Notes: generated by a model from the letters alone, not told the origin. A DNA stretch of 51,288 bases from an uncultured Bdellovibrionales bacterium (GCA_964436855.1 CAYTED010000009.1:1-51288), one strand, 5' to 3'. Counted from the stretch's first letter, positions 16,267-28,673 are shown. A program made the numbers and translations.

Positions 16267-19155
16267 CTACACCACGATACTCACGAGTTTTCCGGGCACG
16301 ATGATTACTTTTCGGATTTCTTTTCCATCCGTGTGTTGCTTTACTTTTTCGCTTGCAAGCGCCGACTGACGAAGTTCCTCATCCGAAGCATTGGCCGAGA
16401 GGCTGAGGCGATCACGCACTTTTCCATTTACCTGTACGACTATTTCCACCTCCTCGACAATAATTTTTTTCTTGTCCCACTGCGGCCACTCCCCAAGAAA
16501 AATCGATTTTTTGTTGCCAAGTTTTTCCCACAATTCTTCGGCGATATGCGGAGCGAAAGGAGATAAAAGAAACAAAAGTGTTGCGTAATTTTCTTTACTC
16601 AGCATTGTTTCTTTCTCCATCGCATTGACCAAAATCATAAGCGAGCTCACCGCGGTATTGAATTTGAATTCTTCGATATCTTCCGTGACTTTTTTGATCG
16701 TTTGATGCAACAGACTTTCAAGACCTTTGCCCTTAGCTTTTGAGCTTCTCTTTTCAACCCTGTCTTGTAGTTTCCACACTTTTTCCAAGAACCGGCGCGC
16801 GCCAACGACACCCTCCGTATTCCAGGCAATGTTTTGCGTAAACGGCCCCAAAAACATTTCGTATATACGGAGCGAATCGGCTCCAAGCTCTTCGATAATA
16901 TCATCCGGATTGATCACATTGCCGTATCGCTTCGACATTTTTCTGCCATCAGAGGCAAGGATAAGTCCGACATAGACCAAACGCTTGAACGGCTCTTTCC
17001 CCGAAACAACACCGACATCAAAGAGAAATTTGTGCCAAAATCGAGCATAGAGCAAATGACGAGTCGCGTGTTCCGCGCCACCAACATAGAGATCGACCGG
17101 CATAAAAGCGGCTTCTTTCTTTTTGTTGACGAGCGCTTTTTTGTTGTCCGGATCGATATAGCGAAGATAGTACCAAGAAGACCCCGCCCACTGCGGCATG
17201 GTATTTGTTTCGCGACGAGCGGGCCCTTTGCATTTCGGGCACTTTGTCTTCACCCACCGTTCTATGCTCGCAAGCGGAGACTCTCCGGTACCCGTTGGCT
17301 CGTACGATCGCACGTTTGGAAGAATCACCGGCAAGTCTTGTTCCGGAACCGGCACGGCGCCGCACTTTTCGCAATGAACGATGGGGATCGGCTCTCCCCA
17401 ATAGCGTTGCCGAGAAAACACCCAGTCGCGCATTTTGTAATTCACCGATTTTTTCCCGAGCTTTTTTTTCTCAAGCCACTGTATCATTTTTTCTCGTGCC
17501 TCTGCCGATCGAAGTCCCGTAAAATCCCCGGAATCAATGAGCACTCCATCTCCGGTATATATTTCTTCCTTGCTACGAAAAACTCGCCACATGAAAGCAT
17601 GGTGCGTACCAAGTTGAGAGATATCTCCGACACGATCAAGCGGCTCCCAAAATAACTCATGCGTATCATGTTCTTCATCAGAAAGACCCTCTCGTTCCAT
17701 GTCCTTCAAGGAGGCGACAAACACTATATCTCGATCACAACAATTCACCCCTTTTCTTTCTTTGAATCCATGACCATACAATGCTGGAATAAGTATTCTT
17801 TCGATAGCAATATTTTTGTACCCGGTCTCCTCTTGAATTTCTCGAACGATTGCTTCTTCCGGATCTTCTCCCTTCTCAATTCCTCCTCCAGGAAAAACAC
17901 AAGTTCCTCCTTGTTTGCGGCGCAAGATAATCGTCTTTTTTTTCTCCGGATCAAGAACAATTGCCGTGACACAATCTTTTGACGTTGTCTCTTTGTCTTC
18001 TCTTGGGGTACACTCTCCCTTCATAACAATATAAGGCGCTACCGTCTGCACAGTAGGCAAGTCGTATTTCTTTGCAAAAACAGCGTCTCGTTCGTCATGT
18101 GCCGGAACCGCCATTACCGCGCCGGTACCATAATTTCCCAATACATAATCCGCGACAAAAATCGGCACGCCCTTGCCGGTAAACGGATTAACCGCTTCTA
18201 TTCCTTCCAGTTGTATGCCGGTTTTTTCTTTTCCAAGTTCGGTCCGCTCGAGCTCTGATTTCTTTTTTGTTTTCTCGATATATTTGCGAACCGCTTTGTT
18301 ACCTGGATGCGTTGCCTCCCATTCCGACACCAATGGATGTTCCGGCGCCACCACCACAGAGGTACAGCCAAAAATCGTATCGATTCTTGTCGTAAAAACT
18401 TCGAGGAATTGATTTTCTTTTTGATTCTGAGTACTGGCATTTCGATCCGTCAACGAAAATCGTACCATCGCCCCCTCGCTTCGTCCGATCCAATTTTTTT
18501 GTTGCGTAACAATAGACTCCTCCCATTGGAGCTCCTTTGAATCAAGATCTCGCAGCAATCGATCAGCATATCGCGTCATTCGCAACATCCACTGACGCAT
18601 CGGTCGTTTTTCCACCTCGCTCCCACAGCGCTCACACAGACCGTTTTCCAAATCCTCATTGGCAAGACCGGTCTGGCAAGAAGGGCACCAATTGATCGGC
18701 TCATGCGATTCGTATGCCAATCCTTTTTTGTAGAGTTGAAGGAAAATCCACTGCGTCCATCGATAGAATTCGGGGTCGGTCGTATTGATTTCTCGATTCC
18801 AGTCATAGGTAAACCCGATTTTTTCCAATTGTTTTTTGAACGTAGCGACATTCTTTTTTACCGCAATACTCGGGTGGACGTGATTTTTTATCGCATAGTT
18901 TTCTGCAGGAAGACCAAACGCATCCCAACCCATCGGATGCAATACGCCGTACCCCTGCATTTGCTTCATACGAGCAACGACATCGGTCGCGATATATCCC
19001 TTTGGATGCCCCACATGAAGACCCGCCCCCGAAGGGTACGGAAACATATCAAGCACATAAAATTTCTTTTTCCGCGCATACTGGCGATAGATTCCTTTTT
19101 TCTCCCAAATCTTTTGCCATTTCTTTTCGATTGACTGAGCGCGATACGGTTTCAT
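16267..19155 (-). CDS. leuS: Leucine--tRNA ligase with an internal Nudix domain
   Basis: MFPYPSGAGLHVGH, GWDAFGLPAEN, DWVFSRQRYWGEPIP, KMSKR; Nudix box at about 17816-17890; start set at MKPYRAQ. Confidence 0.96.
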   Translation of the reverse strand: MKPYRAQSIEKKWQKIWEKKGIYRQYARKKKFYVLDMFPYPSGAGLHVGHPKGYIATDVVARMKQMQGYGVLHPMGWDAFGLPAENYAIKNHVHPSIAVKKNVATFKKQLEKIGFTYDWNREINTTDPEFYRWTQWIFLQLYKKGLAYESHEPINWCPSCQTGLANEDLENGLCERCGSEVEKRPMRQWMLRMTRYADRLLRDLDSKELQWEESIVTQQKNWIGRSEGAMVRFSLTDRNASTQNQKENQFLEVFTTRIDTIFGCTSVVVAPEHPLVSEWEATHPGNKAVRKYIEKTKKKSELERTELGKEKTGIQLEGIEAVNPFTGKGVPIFVADYVLGNYGTGAVMAVPAHDERDAVFAKKYDLPTVQTVAPYIVMKGECTPREDKETTSKDCVTAIVLDPEKKKTIILRRKQGGTCVFPGGGIEKGEDPEEAIVREIQEETGYKNIAIERILIPALYGHGFKERKGVNCCDRDIVFVASLKDMEREGLSDEEHDTHELFWEPLDRVGDISQLGTHHAFMWRVFRSKEEIYTGDGVLIDSGDFTGLRSAEAREKMIQWLEKKKLGKKSVNYKMRDWVFSRQRYWGEPIPIVHCEKCGAVPVPEQDLPVILPNVRSYEPTGTGESPLASIERWVKTKCPKCKGPARRETNTMPQWAGSSWYYLRYIDPDNKKALVNKKKEAAFMPVDLYVGGAEHATRHLLYARFWHKFLFDVGVVSGKEPFKRLVYVGLILASDGRKMSKRYGNVINPDDIIEELGADSLRIYEMFLGPFTQNIAWNTEGVVGARRFLEKVWKLQDRVEKRSSKAKGKGLESLLHQTIKKVTEDIEEFKFNTAVSSLMILVNAMEKETMLSKENYATLLFLLSPFAPHIAEELWEKLGNKKSIFLGEWPQWDKKKIIVEEVEIVVQVNGKVRDRLSLSANASDEELRQSALASEKVKQHTDGKEIRKVIIVPGKLVSIVV

Positions 19156-19220
19156 ACGATTGATTCCATTAAAAAAACAAAGAATATCCTTTATCATAGC
19201 CGAAAAATCTCTCTTTTGGC

Positions 19221-19253
19221 AAGAAAAAACCCGATTACTCGGGTCTTTTTTCT
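19221..19253 (-). terminator. Intrinsic terminator after the DUF4349 gene
   Basis: ACCCGA-ttac-TCGGGT hairpin with flanking A/T tracts. Confidence 0.65.
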
Positions 19254-19265
19254 TGATATATCTTT

Positions 19266-20294
19266 TTATTTCTTTTCCTGAAAGAATCGGCTCATTAATT
19301 TTCGGACCAGTCTGTAAACACCATACAAGAGCACACCGTAAATGAGGATAAGCGGGAGTCCGACGATGACGAATATAATCGCTCCCATTGCAAGTTTCCC
19401 AAGATTTCCAAAGAGCGTTTGAATTGCTTCCTTGATTACTTCCCATGGGCGAAGCGATGACTTTCCGGAGACAATCTTAGCATCTTCTTGGAAAGATACG
19501 GTGATCGTCGCCATATCGGTTTGCGAAGAAAGATATCGGAGCTGTCCTTCGAGCGACTCAATCTCTCCGCGAACCACTCCAAGCTCCCTTGTAACATCGA
19601 TCACGTCGCCTATCTTCTCCGCTTTTCCAAGGAGCGCCTGCAATGATTCTTCTTGCGCTCGTTTATTCTTCAATCGCGCCGAAAGGTCAATATACTGCGC
19701 CGTCACATCTGATCCGGATGTGTTCTCATTTATTACTTGCGTTGCAATACTTCGCACCTCGCGCATCACGCCATCAAACTCCGCAACCGGAACTTTCAGC
19801 ATAACCACCCCTGATTTTTCCCTGTTTCCGTACGAGGAAACATTGCTCGATGCCACCTCTCCGGAAAATTTCTTGGCGATGTCCTGGAGTTTCGTTAGTG
19901 TTTCATCCGCGTTCTTCACGCGAATATCAAATTGTCCGTTTTTGATGATTTTTTTATCTGTCTCCGGAGCCTGTGCGTACCCATCGTTCATCATCACCGG
20001 CACGCCGGCATCCGATGACACCGCATTTTCTCTTTCATTGAAAATTTCCCGCCTCATCATCTTCTCCTGCGGCGTAACCGCTCCCGCATTCTCATTGCGG
20101 GTGTCGTCGTCAAATCGGGGACCATCCATCATTACGGACGGATTCATCATTCCCCCGCGACCACTCCACATCTTGCGCGCGGTCAATGCGCCTACCGCGG
20201 CCAAAAGGAGACTTGCGATAAAAATCCCAACAAGTATCCATAATGCCCACTTCACAACCTTCTGAAGCATTGTCGGCGATATTGTATTGTGCAT
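19266..20294 (-). CDS. DUF4349-like membrane protein
   Basis: N-terminal TM, KKIIKNGQFDIRV, DVTAQYIDLSARLKN, IESLEGQLRYL, C-terminal TM; alternative start at 20270. Confidence 0.82.
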   Translation of the reverse strand: MHNTISPTMLQKVVKWALWILVGIFIASLLLAAVGALTARKMWSGRGGMMNPSVMMDGPRFDDDTRNENAGAVTPQEKMMRREIFNERENAVSSDAGVPVMMNDGYAQAPETDKKIIKNGQFDIRVKNADETLTKLQDIAKKFSGEVASSNVSSYGNREKSGVVMLKVPVAEFDGVMREVRSIATQVINENTSGSDVTAQYIDLSARLKNKRAQEESLQALLGKAEKIGDVIDVTRELGVVRGEIESLEGQLRYLSSQTDMATITVSFQEDAKIVSGKSSLRPWEVIKEAIQTLFGNLGKLAMGAIIFVIVGLPLILIYGVLLYGVYRLVRKLMSRFFQEKK

Positions 20295-20308
20295 ATTTTT
20301 TTCTGAGT

Positions 20309-20689
20309 TTAATGAAGCACTTCCTTCACGATATCGACCGCCTTTTGCGGTGTTGTAAAGGCTTTTACGAGATAAAATCGTGTCGCATCGAGTCCGCCGA
20401 CTTTTTTCAGCATTCCGTCATCATCGAGATTTGAGAGCACAACAACCGGAATTGTTTTCAATACATCGTCATTTTTCAATTCTTTGAGCACTTCGACACC
20501 GTCTTTTATCGGCATTTGAATATCGAGAAGCACGATATCCGGTCGTTTGTCGCGGATGACTTGCATCCCCTCTTCTCCATTGGTCGCCGTTACGATATCG
20601 AATCCACTTTGAACGAATTTCCGTTGATACATATCTCGGATATTTTCGTCATCATCTACGATGCAGACAAGTTTTCCAACCGGTGTCAT
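20309..20689 (-). CDS. Single-domain response regulator (receiver)
   Basis: IVDDD, LLDIQMPIKDG (phospho-Asp), LSN, YLVK. Confidence 0.9.
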   Translation of the reverse strand: MTPVGKLVCIVDDDENIRDMYQRKFVQSGFDIVTATNGEEGMQVIRDKRPDIVLLDIQMPIKDGVEVLKELKNDDVLKTIPVVVLSNLDDDGMLKKVGGLDATRFYLVKAFTTPQKAVDIVKEVLH

Positions 20690-20695
20690 ATTTTT

Positions 20696-21268
20696 TTATT
20701 TTGCAATTTCGAAGAAAAACGAGCTCTTCACTTCGAGGAGTTTTTCCATCGCCGGAGTCCCATCGGCTGAAAGAATTTTCATTTTGGCTTCGGTCGCGCG
20801 ATCGATAATCGCTCGCAACTCTTCTGATGAGAAAATCTTTTCTTCATGATACCCGAGAAAAAGAGTCGTAATTTCCCGAAGATACTCGATAAACATTTGC
20901 ACTTCCGGTTCCGGATACATTTGGAGCAGCTTATTGGCGACATCGTTCACATCCGAGAGCGTGGTCGCAAGCGACTGAAATTGTCCATATACGCCCTCAA
21001 GCACCCGACGTTCAATCCCAAGCGCTTCCGACATCATATGCATCTCCGTCTCAATCATCTCCTTCTTCAGTTGCGATCCGTTTTCGTGTCGCGGTCCCGC
21101 TTCGACAAAAAACTTCTCCATCGACTCAAGATACGTCACAAACGAATCCAATTCTTCGTAATGGTATTTTTCGCGGAGACGATTCGCCACGAGTTCGATA
21201 TTTTTGATCTGCTTTTGCTCCGGCCGACCTTCTAAGAGTTTTTTGATGATATTTTTCTCGAATGTCAT
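20696..21268 (-). CDS. Hypothetical helical protein
   Basis: 190-aa ORF tightly packed between atpC and the receiver gene; no motif recognised. Confidence 0.65.
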   Translation of the reverse strand: MTFEKNIIKKLLEGRPEQKQIKNIELVANRLREKYHYEELDSFVTYLESMEKFFVEAGPRHENGSQLKKEMIETEMHMMSEALGIERRVLEGVYGQFQSLATTLSDVNDVANKLLQMYPEPEVQMFIEYLREITTLFLGYHEEKIFSSEELRAIIDRATEAKMKILSADGTPAMEKLLEVKSSFFFEIAK

Positions 21269-21293
21269 AGTGAAATCAGTATATCACATCTTG

Positions 21294-21737
21294 TCATTCC
21301 GGAAGACCGATGCCGTGCCTGCTATGGTGTTTTTTCGCTACACGAACACGCGCCAGCTCTTTTTCGAGTATGGCTGCGACACGTGCGTATTCTTCATCAT
21401 CGGCCCGCACGCGTTCTTGCATAATTTTTTCCGCTTCTCTTCGCGCCTTTTCCGCCCGAGCAAGATCAATTTCTTCGGCTCGCTCGGCAGTATCCGCCAA
21501 GATTACCAACGTATTGTTGTGAAATTCCACAAATCCTCCGGAAGTCGCAATCATCTTCCCCTCCTCTTCCGCGTTTCCGCGAAGAAAAATCTCACCCGCT
21601 TTCAGAGCGCCGATATATGGGATGTGATGCGGAAGAAGCGTTACCTCTCCACCCTCAACCGGAAGTGTTACCTGATATACCTCTTGTTCAAAGACAGTTT
21701 TTTCCGGTGTTACCACCTTGAGATTTATATGTACCAT
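21294..21737 (-). CDS. atpC: F1Fo ATP synthase epsilon
   Basis: LKVVTPEK, GEVTLLPHHIP, SGGFVE, ILADTAERAEEID. Confidence 0.95.
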   Translation of the reverse strand: MVHINLKVVTPEKTVFEQEVYQVTLPVEGGEVTLLPHHIPYIGALKAGEIFLRGNAEEEGKMIATSGGFVEFHNNTLVILADTAERAEEIDLARAEKARREAEKIMQERVRADDEEYARVAAILEKELARVRVAKKHHSRHGIGLPE

Positions 21738-21749
21738 AACCTTAGAAGA

Positions 21750-21833
21750 TTTTAGATTTATGATTTTAGATTTACGAATCAGAAACTCTTTCTTAAGACT
21801 TATTCATAAATCTTACATCTTCAATCATAAATC
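21750..21833. repeat. Inverted pair of period-7 arrays at the atpD/atpC junction
   Basis: ttttaga tttatga ttttaga tttacga ... tcataaa tcttaca tcttcaa tcataaa. Confidence 0.85.
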
Positions 21834-21867
21834 ACTCCCGCCAATAATAACAAAACAAAGAATACGA

Positions 21868-23268
<1,401 letters not shown>

Positions 23269-23272
23269 TCAA

Positions 23273-23335
23273 TTTAAGATTTATGATTTAAGATTTAAGA
23301 ATATTCCTAAATCGTAAATCGTACTTCATAAATCA
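23273..23335. repeat. Inverted pair of period-7 arrays upstream of atpD
   Basis: tttaaga tttatga tttaaga tttaaga ... taaatcg taaatcg tacttca taaatca. Confidence 0.85.
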
Positions 23336-23877
23336 TTTTCTTCTCTCTATAAACCCGATTTTTTGTTTCGGCTTGCTCTCTTCTTTCAAGAGCTGTCTCA
23401 ACACATCAAACACCGTTTTGAATTGCTTATCGTACTTTCGTTCCATTACCTCTATCTTCTTTCGGAACGCATCATGCGTCGCGAGCATATTTCGCAATTG
23501 CACAAACGTACGCATGATCTGAATATTTACCGCAATCGCCCGCTTGCTTTTGAGTATGCTTGAGAGCATTGCTACTCCGGATTCCGTAAAGGCATATGCA
23601 TTAGTCTTCCTCCATGTCTTTTCTGAGCCTCAATTCCACTTGAGGTCACAATTTGTGACCTCAAGATTTCCATTTCACGATCAAGAAGCTGAAACATGAA
23701 GTCCTGTGGGAATCGCTCGCTATTACGCTTGACTGCTTGAATCAACACCTTCGTCTCCACCTCGTAGAGCTCTGCCAAATCGGAATCAAGCATGACCTTT
23801 TCGCCACGCAGCCAAAAAATCCGCTTCTCAATATGTGCATTTGGAATCACACTCATTGTCTCTTTTTTCTTATTCAT
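23333..23877 (-). pseudogene. ORF6N-domain DNA-binding protein, frameshifted, inserted in the atp operon
   Basis: KRIFWLRGEKVMLDSDLAELYEVETKVLIQAVKRNSERFPQDFMFQL..HGGR, frameshift near 23603, then AYAFTESGVAMLSSILKSKRAIAVNIQIMRTF..KIGF. A period-7 arm lies at 23874-23901. Confidence 0.85.
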
Positions 23878-23911
23878 AAATCTAAAATCATAAGTCTTCA
23901 ATCTCGTTTCG

Positions 23912-24808
23912 CTAGCGCGAAACGGCCGCCATGCCAGCGGAGAGCTCGGCGATTTCCTGCGTGATCTTTCCTTGGCGAATCTGATTGTATGCGAGCGTGA
24001 GATCTGCCACCATTTCCTTTCCTGCATCCGTCGCATTTCGCATTGCCATCATTCGCGCCGCTTCCTGTGAGGCGTTTGATTCGAGTATGGCATGATAAAT
24101 CTCCATCTCAAGCAGTCGCGGAATCATTTTCCAGAGTACTTTTTTCGGCGACGGCTCAATCACGTATTCCGCACGCACAACACGCGTTTTGATTGCGCCG
24201 TGATCAATCTCGTGAAGCGTTTTCTGCACATCCTTTTCCACGACCGGAAGGAGCGCCCGGACTTTTACTTCTTGCGAAAGCATGGATTTGAAATCGGTGT
24301 AAATCATAACGACACGATCGATACGCTTCGACTCGAATTCCTCAATAAGAATTTTCGCGATCGGTCGCATCATCTCCACCTTCGGCGTTCCAAGGGCATC
24401 CGGAAACGAGGCGATGATTTCTCCATTGAACCGACGCACCGACGTTTCCGCCTTTTTCCCGATGGTGACGAATACCGAACCTCTCTCCTTATCTTCTTTC
24501 AGAGTCTGTCGGAGTTTTTTCACGATCTGTGAATTAAATGCGCCGCAAAGTCCGCGATTCGAGGAAATCACAACGTAGAGTTGCTTCCGAATCAGTCGCT
24601 CCGAAAGAAGCGGGTGCTGTTCGAATTTCTGCAACACGGACAACTGGTGCAGGAGGTCAATCACGCTCTTTGCATAGGGACGGATTGCCAGAACCTGCGA
24701 TACGGCTTTGCGCATTTTGACAGCCGAAATCATTTCCATCGCGCGGGTGATTTTCCCGGTGGCTTTCACTCCCTTTATTCGACGTCGAATGTCTCGTACT
24801 GATGCCAT
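23912..24808 (-). CDS. atpG: F1Fo ATP synthase gamma
   Basis: KITRAMEMIS, SNRGLCGAFN, ARMMAMRNATD, RQGKITQEIAE. Confidence 0.98.
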   Translation of the reverse strand: MASVRDIRRRIKGVKATGKITRAMEMISAVKMRKAVSQVLAIRPYAKSVIDLLHQLSVLQKFEQHPLLSERLIRKQLYVVISSNRGLCGAFNSQIVKKLRQTLKEDKERGSVFVTIGKKAETSVRRFNGEIIASFPDALGTPKVEMMRPIAKILIEEFESKRIDRVVMIYTDFKSMLSQEVKVRALLPVVEKDVQKTLHEIDHGAIKTRVVRAEYVIEPSPKKVLWKMIPRLLEMEIYHAILESNASQEAARMMAMRNATDAGKEMVADLTLAYNQIRQGKITQEIAELSAGMAAVSR

Positions 24809-24813
24809 AATTG

Positions 24814-24892
24814 CAAGAATTATGTAATGAAGAATTGCGAATCAAGAATTTCTTTATCTTAGGCTTGATTCTTAATTCCTGATTCTTTATTC
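24814..24892. repeat. Inverted pair of period-7 arrays at the atpA/atpG junction
   Basis: GAAT cores about 7 nt apart (24820-24849), then ATTC cores at 24871, 24878, 24885, 24892. Confidence 0.8.
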
Positions 24893-24914
24893 TTCCCTGT
24901 TTAAAGGAAAAAAC

Positions 24915-26432
24915 TTATGCTATCTGAAATCCCGGTTTGAAAGCAGCGATATGCTTCTTCAACATTTCCTCCACTTCCGGCGTGAGCGCGCGTTCTTTTA
25001 TGATCGCCTCAAGCGCCTCTTTCCCCGTTGTTTCAAAATATACAAAGAATTCTTTTTCAAATCGTCCGAGATTTTCTACTTTCACATCGTCGAGATGTCC
25101 GCGGGTAAGCGCGTAGAGAATCGCGACTTCTTTTTCGACCGGAAGCGGTGCATACTGCGGTTGTTTGAGGATTTCCACCGCGCGGCGTCCACGTTCGATC
25201 AAGAGGCGAGTTTTTTCATCCAAGTCCGATCCGAACTGCGCAAACGCTTCGAGTTCGCGGAACTGCGCGAGATCGAGGCGAAGCGTTCCCGCAACTTGCT
25301 TCATCGCCTTAATCTGCGCCGCCGAACCGACGCGCGATACCGAGAGTCCCACATTTAAAGCCGGACGAATCCCTTTATAAAACAAATCCGATTCGAGGTA
25401 AATCTGCCCATCGGTAATGGAAATAACGTTTGTCGGGATATACGCCGACACATCGCCCGCCTGCGTCTCAATAATCGGAAGCGCCGTAAGTGATCCGCCA
25501 CCGAAATCTTTATTCAGTTTCGCGCTCCGTTCAAGAAGTCGTGAATGGAGGTAAAACACGTCGCCCGGATACGCCTCGCGTCCCGGCGGACGACGGAGAA
25601 TGAGTGAAATCTGCCGATAGGCGACCGCATGCTTCGAGAGATCGTCGTAAATCACAAGAACATCCTTTCCTTGATCCATAAAAAATTCCCCCATCGCGCA
25701 GCCCGCGTAAGGAGCGATAAACGAAAGCGCCGCCGCTTCCGATGCACCCGCCACCACAACCGTTGTATATTCCATCGCGCCGGACTTTTCGAGCTCCGCG
25801 ACAATACGCGCGACTTTCGATTCCTTCTGACCTACCGCGACGTAAATACAAACGACATTTTGCCCTTTCTGATTGATAATCGTGTCGATTGCGATTGCCG
25901 TCTTTCCCGTTTGACGATCGCCAATAATAAGCTCTCGCTGTCCGCGTCCGATCGGAATAAGCGCATCGATCGCCTTGATACCGGTCTGAAGCGGCTGATT
26001 CACCGACTGGCGCGTAATTACGCCCGGTGCGATTTTTTCGACCGGATAAAATTTTTCCGCCTCGATTTTCCCCTTACCATCGATCGCCTCGCCAAGCGCA
26101 TTCACCACACGCCCAATGACCTTTTCCGATACCGGAACGGAAAGGATGCGTCCGGTTGATTTCGCCGTCATTCCTTCTTTGATATCCCCCGTCTCACCAA
26201 GAAGCATCACACCGACTTCCCCCTCTTCCAAGTTCAAAGCGACACCATATGAAGCGCCTTCGCCCACCGGCGAATCGAACTCGATCATTTCCGATGCCAT
26301 CGCCTCGGAAAGTCCCGAAACGCGCGCGACGCCATCACCAACTTCGAGTACGGTACCGATCGCCTCCACCTTCGGCTCGTGATGAAATTCCGCGATCTGC
26401 TTCTTCAGTTCTTCAATAAGGGTATTGCTCAT
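24915..26432 (-). CDS. atpA: F1Fo ATP synthase alpha
   Basis: [31 protein letters not shown]. Confidence 0.99.
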   Translation of the reverse strand: MSNTLIEELKKQIAEFHHEPKVEAIGTVLEVGDGVARVSGLSEAMASEMIEFDSPVGEGASYGVALNLEEGEVGVMLLGETGDIKEGMTAKSTGRILSVPVSEKVIGRVVNALGEAIDGKGKIEAEKFYPVEKIAPGVITRQSVNQPLQTGIKAIDALIPIGRGQRELIIGDRQTGKTAIAIDTIINQKGQNVVCIYVAVGQKESKVARIVAELEKSGAMEYTTVVVAGASEAAALSFIAPYAGCAMGEFFMDQGKDVLVIYDDLSKHAVAYRQISLILRRPPGREAYPGDVFYLHSRLLERSAKLNKDFGGGSLTALPIIETQAGDVSAYIPTNVISITDGQIYLESDLFYKGIRPALNVGLSVSRVGSAAQIKAMKQVAGTLRLDLAQFRELEAFAQFGSDLDEKTRLLIERGRRAVEILKQPQYAPLPVEKEVAILYALTRGHLDDVKVENLGRFEKEFFVYFETTGKEALEAIIKERALTPEVEEMLKKHIAAFKPGFQIA

Positions 26433-26443
26433 ACAATTTTTTC

Positions 26444-26508
26444 CAGAATGTAGAATTTAGAATCTAGAATATTGATTGCTCGACATTCCAGATTCAAGAC
26501 TCCAAATC
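26444..26508. repeat. Inverted pair of period-7 arrays at the atpH/atpA junction
   Basis: cagaatg tagaatt tagaatc tagaata ... cattcca gattcaa gactcca. Confidence 0.75.
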
Positions 26509-26886
26509 TTTCTTCAGTGCCCGAACTTTTGCCGAAAGGGATGCATCGTACAGAAATTCACCGCTACGCAATCGAGCACCGCCAATGAGACTCGGATCAG
26601 TGACAAATCGCGCAAGAATATTTTTTCCCTGAAATAATTTTCCAGCCTTAGACTCAAGTTTCTTTTGAGTCGATGTATCAGGATCAAATGCGGTCGCGAT
26701 CTCCACCTCGACACTCCCGGAAGCAACCTTTTGCATGTGTTCCGCCTGCGCAAGAATTGCCGAGAGCTTTCTCATCTCGCCCCTCCGCGAAAGCCATGCC
26801 AAAAATTGCTCTTTGATTTCCTTATCTCCTCCTTTTTCTGAAAGTTCGAGGAGAACCTTTGCGTATTGTTTCGTACTCAATCGCAT
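26494..26886 (-). CDS. atpH: F1Fo ATP synthase delta (short form, 130 aa)
   Basis: QYAKVL near the N-terminus, DPSLIGGARLRSGEFLYDASL; operon position. Confidence 0.88.
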   Translation of the reverse strand: MRLSTKQYAKVLLELSEKGGDKEIKEQFLAWLSRRGEMRKLSAILAQAEHMQKVASGSVEVEIATAFDPDTSTQKKLESKAGKLFQGKNILARFVTDPSLIGGARLRSGEFLYDASLSAKVRALKKDLES

Positions 26887-26928
26887 ACTGTATACTACTC
26901 GATTACTCGACGCCGAAACTCTCTCATC

Positions 26929-27432
26929 TTACTCTCCTTCTTTTTCGATCAGTTCTTTTTCCCTTGTACTGCTCATTTTTTCCTTGAGAATCTTCTCGAC
27001 CGCAAGAACGACCGTCTCGGAAAGCTCTCGTTTCGCTTGTTCGATCATCCGTGCTCGATCATCCGCGAGTTTCATATCGGCATCCGCGAGGAGTTTTTTT
27101 ACCCGTTCTTCGGTTTCAGCAATTTTTGCCGCGTCACGTTCCTTTCCTGCTTCAGCCGCCTCGGCGAGGAGTTTCTTTGCATCACTTCGTGCTGATGCGA
27201 GGGCTTCTTTTTCCTTTTCCTCTATTTCTTTCAGTCGCTTTTCCGCACGCTCGGCATCTTTCAGTCCTTTCTCAATTTTTGTTGAACGTTCGTCCATCAT
27301 GGCAAGCATCGGCCGATAGGCGAACTTTTTCAAAACAAAAAAAAGGATGAAGAAATTCACCACCTGCGCCAAAAGTAACCTTCCATCGATACCAAGATTT
27401 GCGAGCGCTTCCATGGACGTAAAACTGAGCAA
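26929..27432 (-). CDS. atpF: F1Fo ATP synthase subunit b
   Basis: LLAQVVNFFILFFVLKKFAYRP TM plus coiled coil; alternative start at 27414. Confidence 0.95.
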   Translation of the reverse strand: MLSFTSMEALANLGIDGRLLLAQVVNFFILFFVLKKFAYRPMLAMMDERSTKIEKGLKDAERAEKRLKEIEEKEKEALASARSDAKKLLAEAAEAGKERDAAKIAETEERVKKLLADADMKLADDRARMIEQAKRELSETVVLAVEKILKEKMSSTREKELIEKEGE

Positions 27433-27435
27433 TAA

Positions 27436-27826
<391 letters not shown>

Positions 27827-27828
27827 AC

Positions 27829-28584
27829 TCAATGCTCCGCCGGCACCGTCGCCATCTTCAAAAACACCGCCGTGAGCATCGCGAACACCGTCGCCTGAAT
27901 CAATCCCACAAACACCTCGAGTGCGAGAAATGGGAGTGGTACGATATACGGCACCAAATGCAGCATCACGGTCAAAAGAATTTCCCCGGCAAATACGTTT
28001 CCGAACAATCGAAAGGCAAAAGAAAGAATTTTTGCAATTTCCGAAACAAGCTCAAGCGCCCCCATAGCCGTCCCAAGCACATAGGGTTTTTTCCATGGCG
28101 CAATAAGAAATTTCGCCGCATATCCGCGTACTCCCAATGCAAGAATGCCTGTTATTTGAATGACGATCACGACCGCGAGCGAGAGTCCAAGTGTAAAATT
28201 GAGATCGGCCGAGGTGCTGCGTAAAAATGGAATAATCGTCGCGTGACCCGCTTCTCCCTCATGAAGCAATCCCACCGTTCCCAGCCCCGGCAAAAGCCCC
28301 GCCCAATTGGAAAAAAGAATAAACAAAAAAATGGTCGCGATAAGCGGAAAAAATTTTCGCGCCATCGAACGATCCTGCATAATGCCTTCGAGGAGATTGA
28401 GAATACTGTCAAAAACAATTTCGAGAAGATTTTGCGCGCCGCGCGGCACCTCGCTCCACCGAGAAAGCGCCCGCTGCGTGAGAAAAATAAGAAACACGCT
28501 CACAATCGCGCCGATCAAAAGCGCATTGGTTATAGGGAGCGCACCCAAGAGAAAGAGTTGTTCCGCAGCAATGGAAATTTCCAT
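27829..28584 (-). CDS. atpB: F1Fo ATP synthase subunit a
   Basis: NWAGLLPG, TSADLNFT, SFAFRLFGNVFAGE, QATVFAMLT. Confidence 0.97.
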   Translation of the reverse strand: MEISIAAEQLFLLGALPITNALLIGAIVSVFLIFLTQRALSRWSEVPRGAQNLLEIVFDSILNLLEGIMQDRSMARKFFPLIATIFLFILFSNWAGLLPGLGTVGLLHEGEAGHATIIPFLRSTSADLNFTLGLSLAVVIVIQITGILALGVRGYAAKFLIAPWKKPYVLGTAMGALELVSEIAKILSFAFRLFGNVFAGEILLTVMLHLVPYIVPLPFLALEVFVGLIQATVFAMLTAVFLKMATVPAEH

Positions 28585-28673
28585 ACTTTTGATTTTGAAT
28601 ACAGAAAAGGGCGTTTCGTCGCCCCAAAACGCCTTCTATTGTACAGCAAAAAAAGAAAGAGTCAATCGCACAT

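Noticed and set aside
19156-19446. Long N-terminal extension of LeuRS in the ORF track (likewise for FolD, IleRS, ArgS, RsmI)
   Set aside because: The extensions overlap upstream genes or terminators and lack homology-like character; downstream ATGs fit canonical starts.
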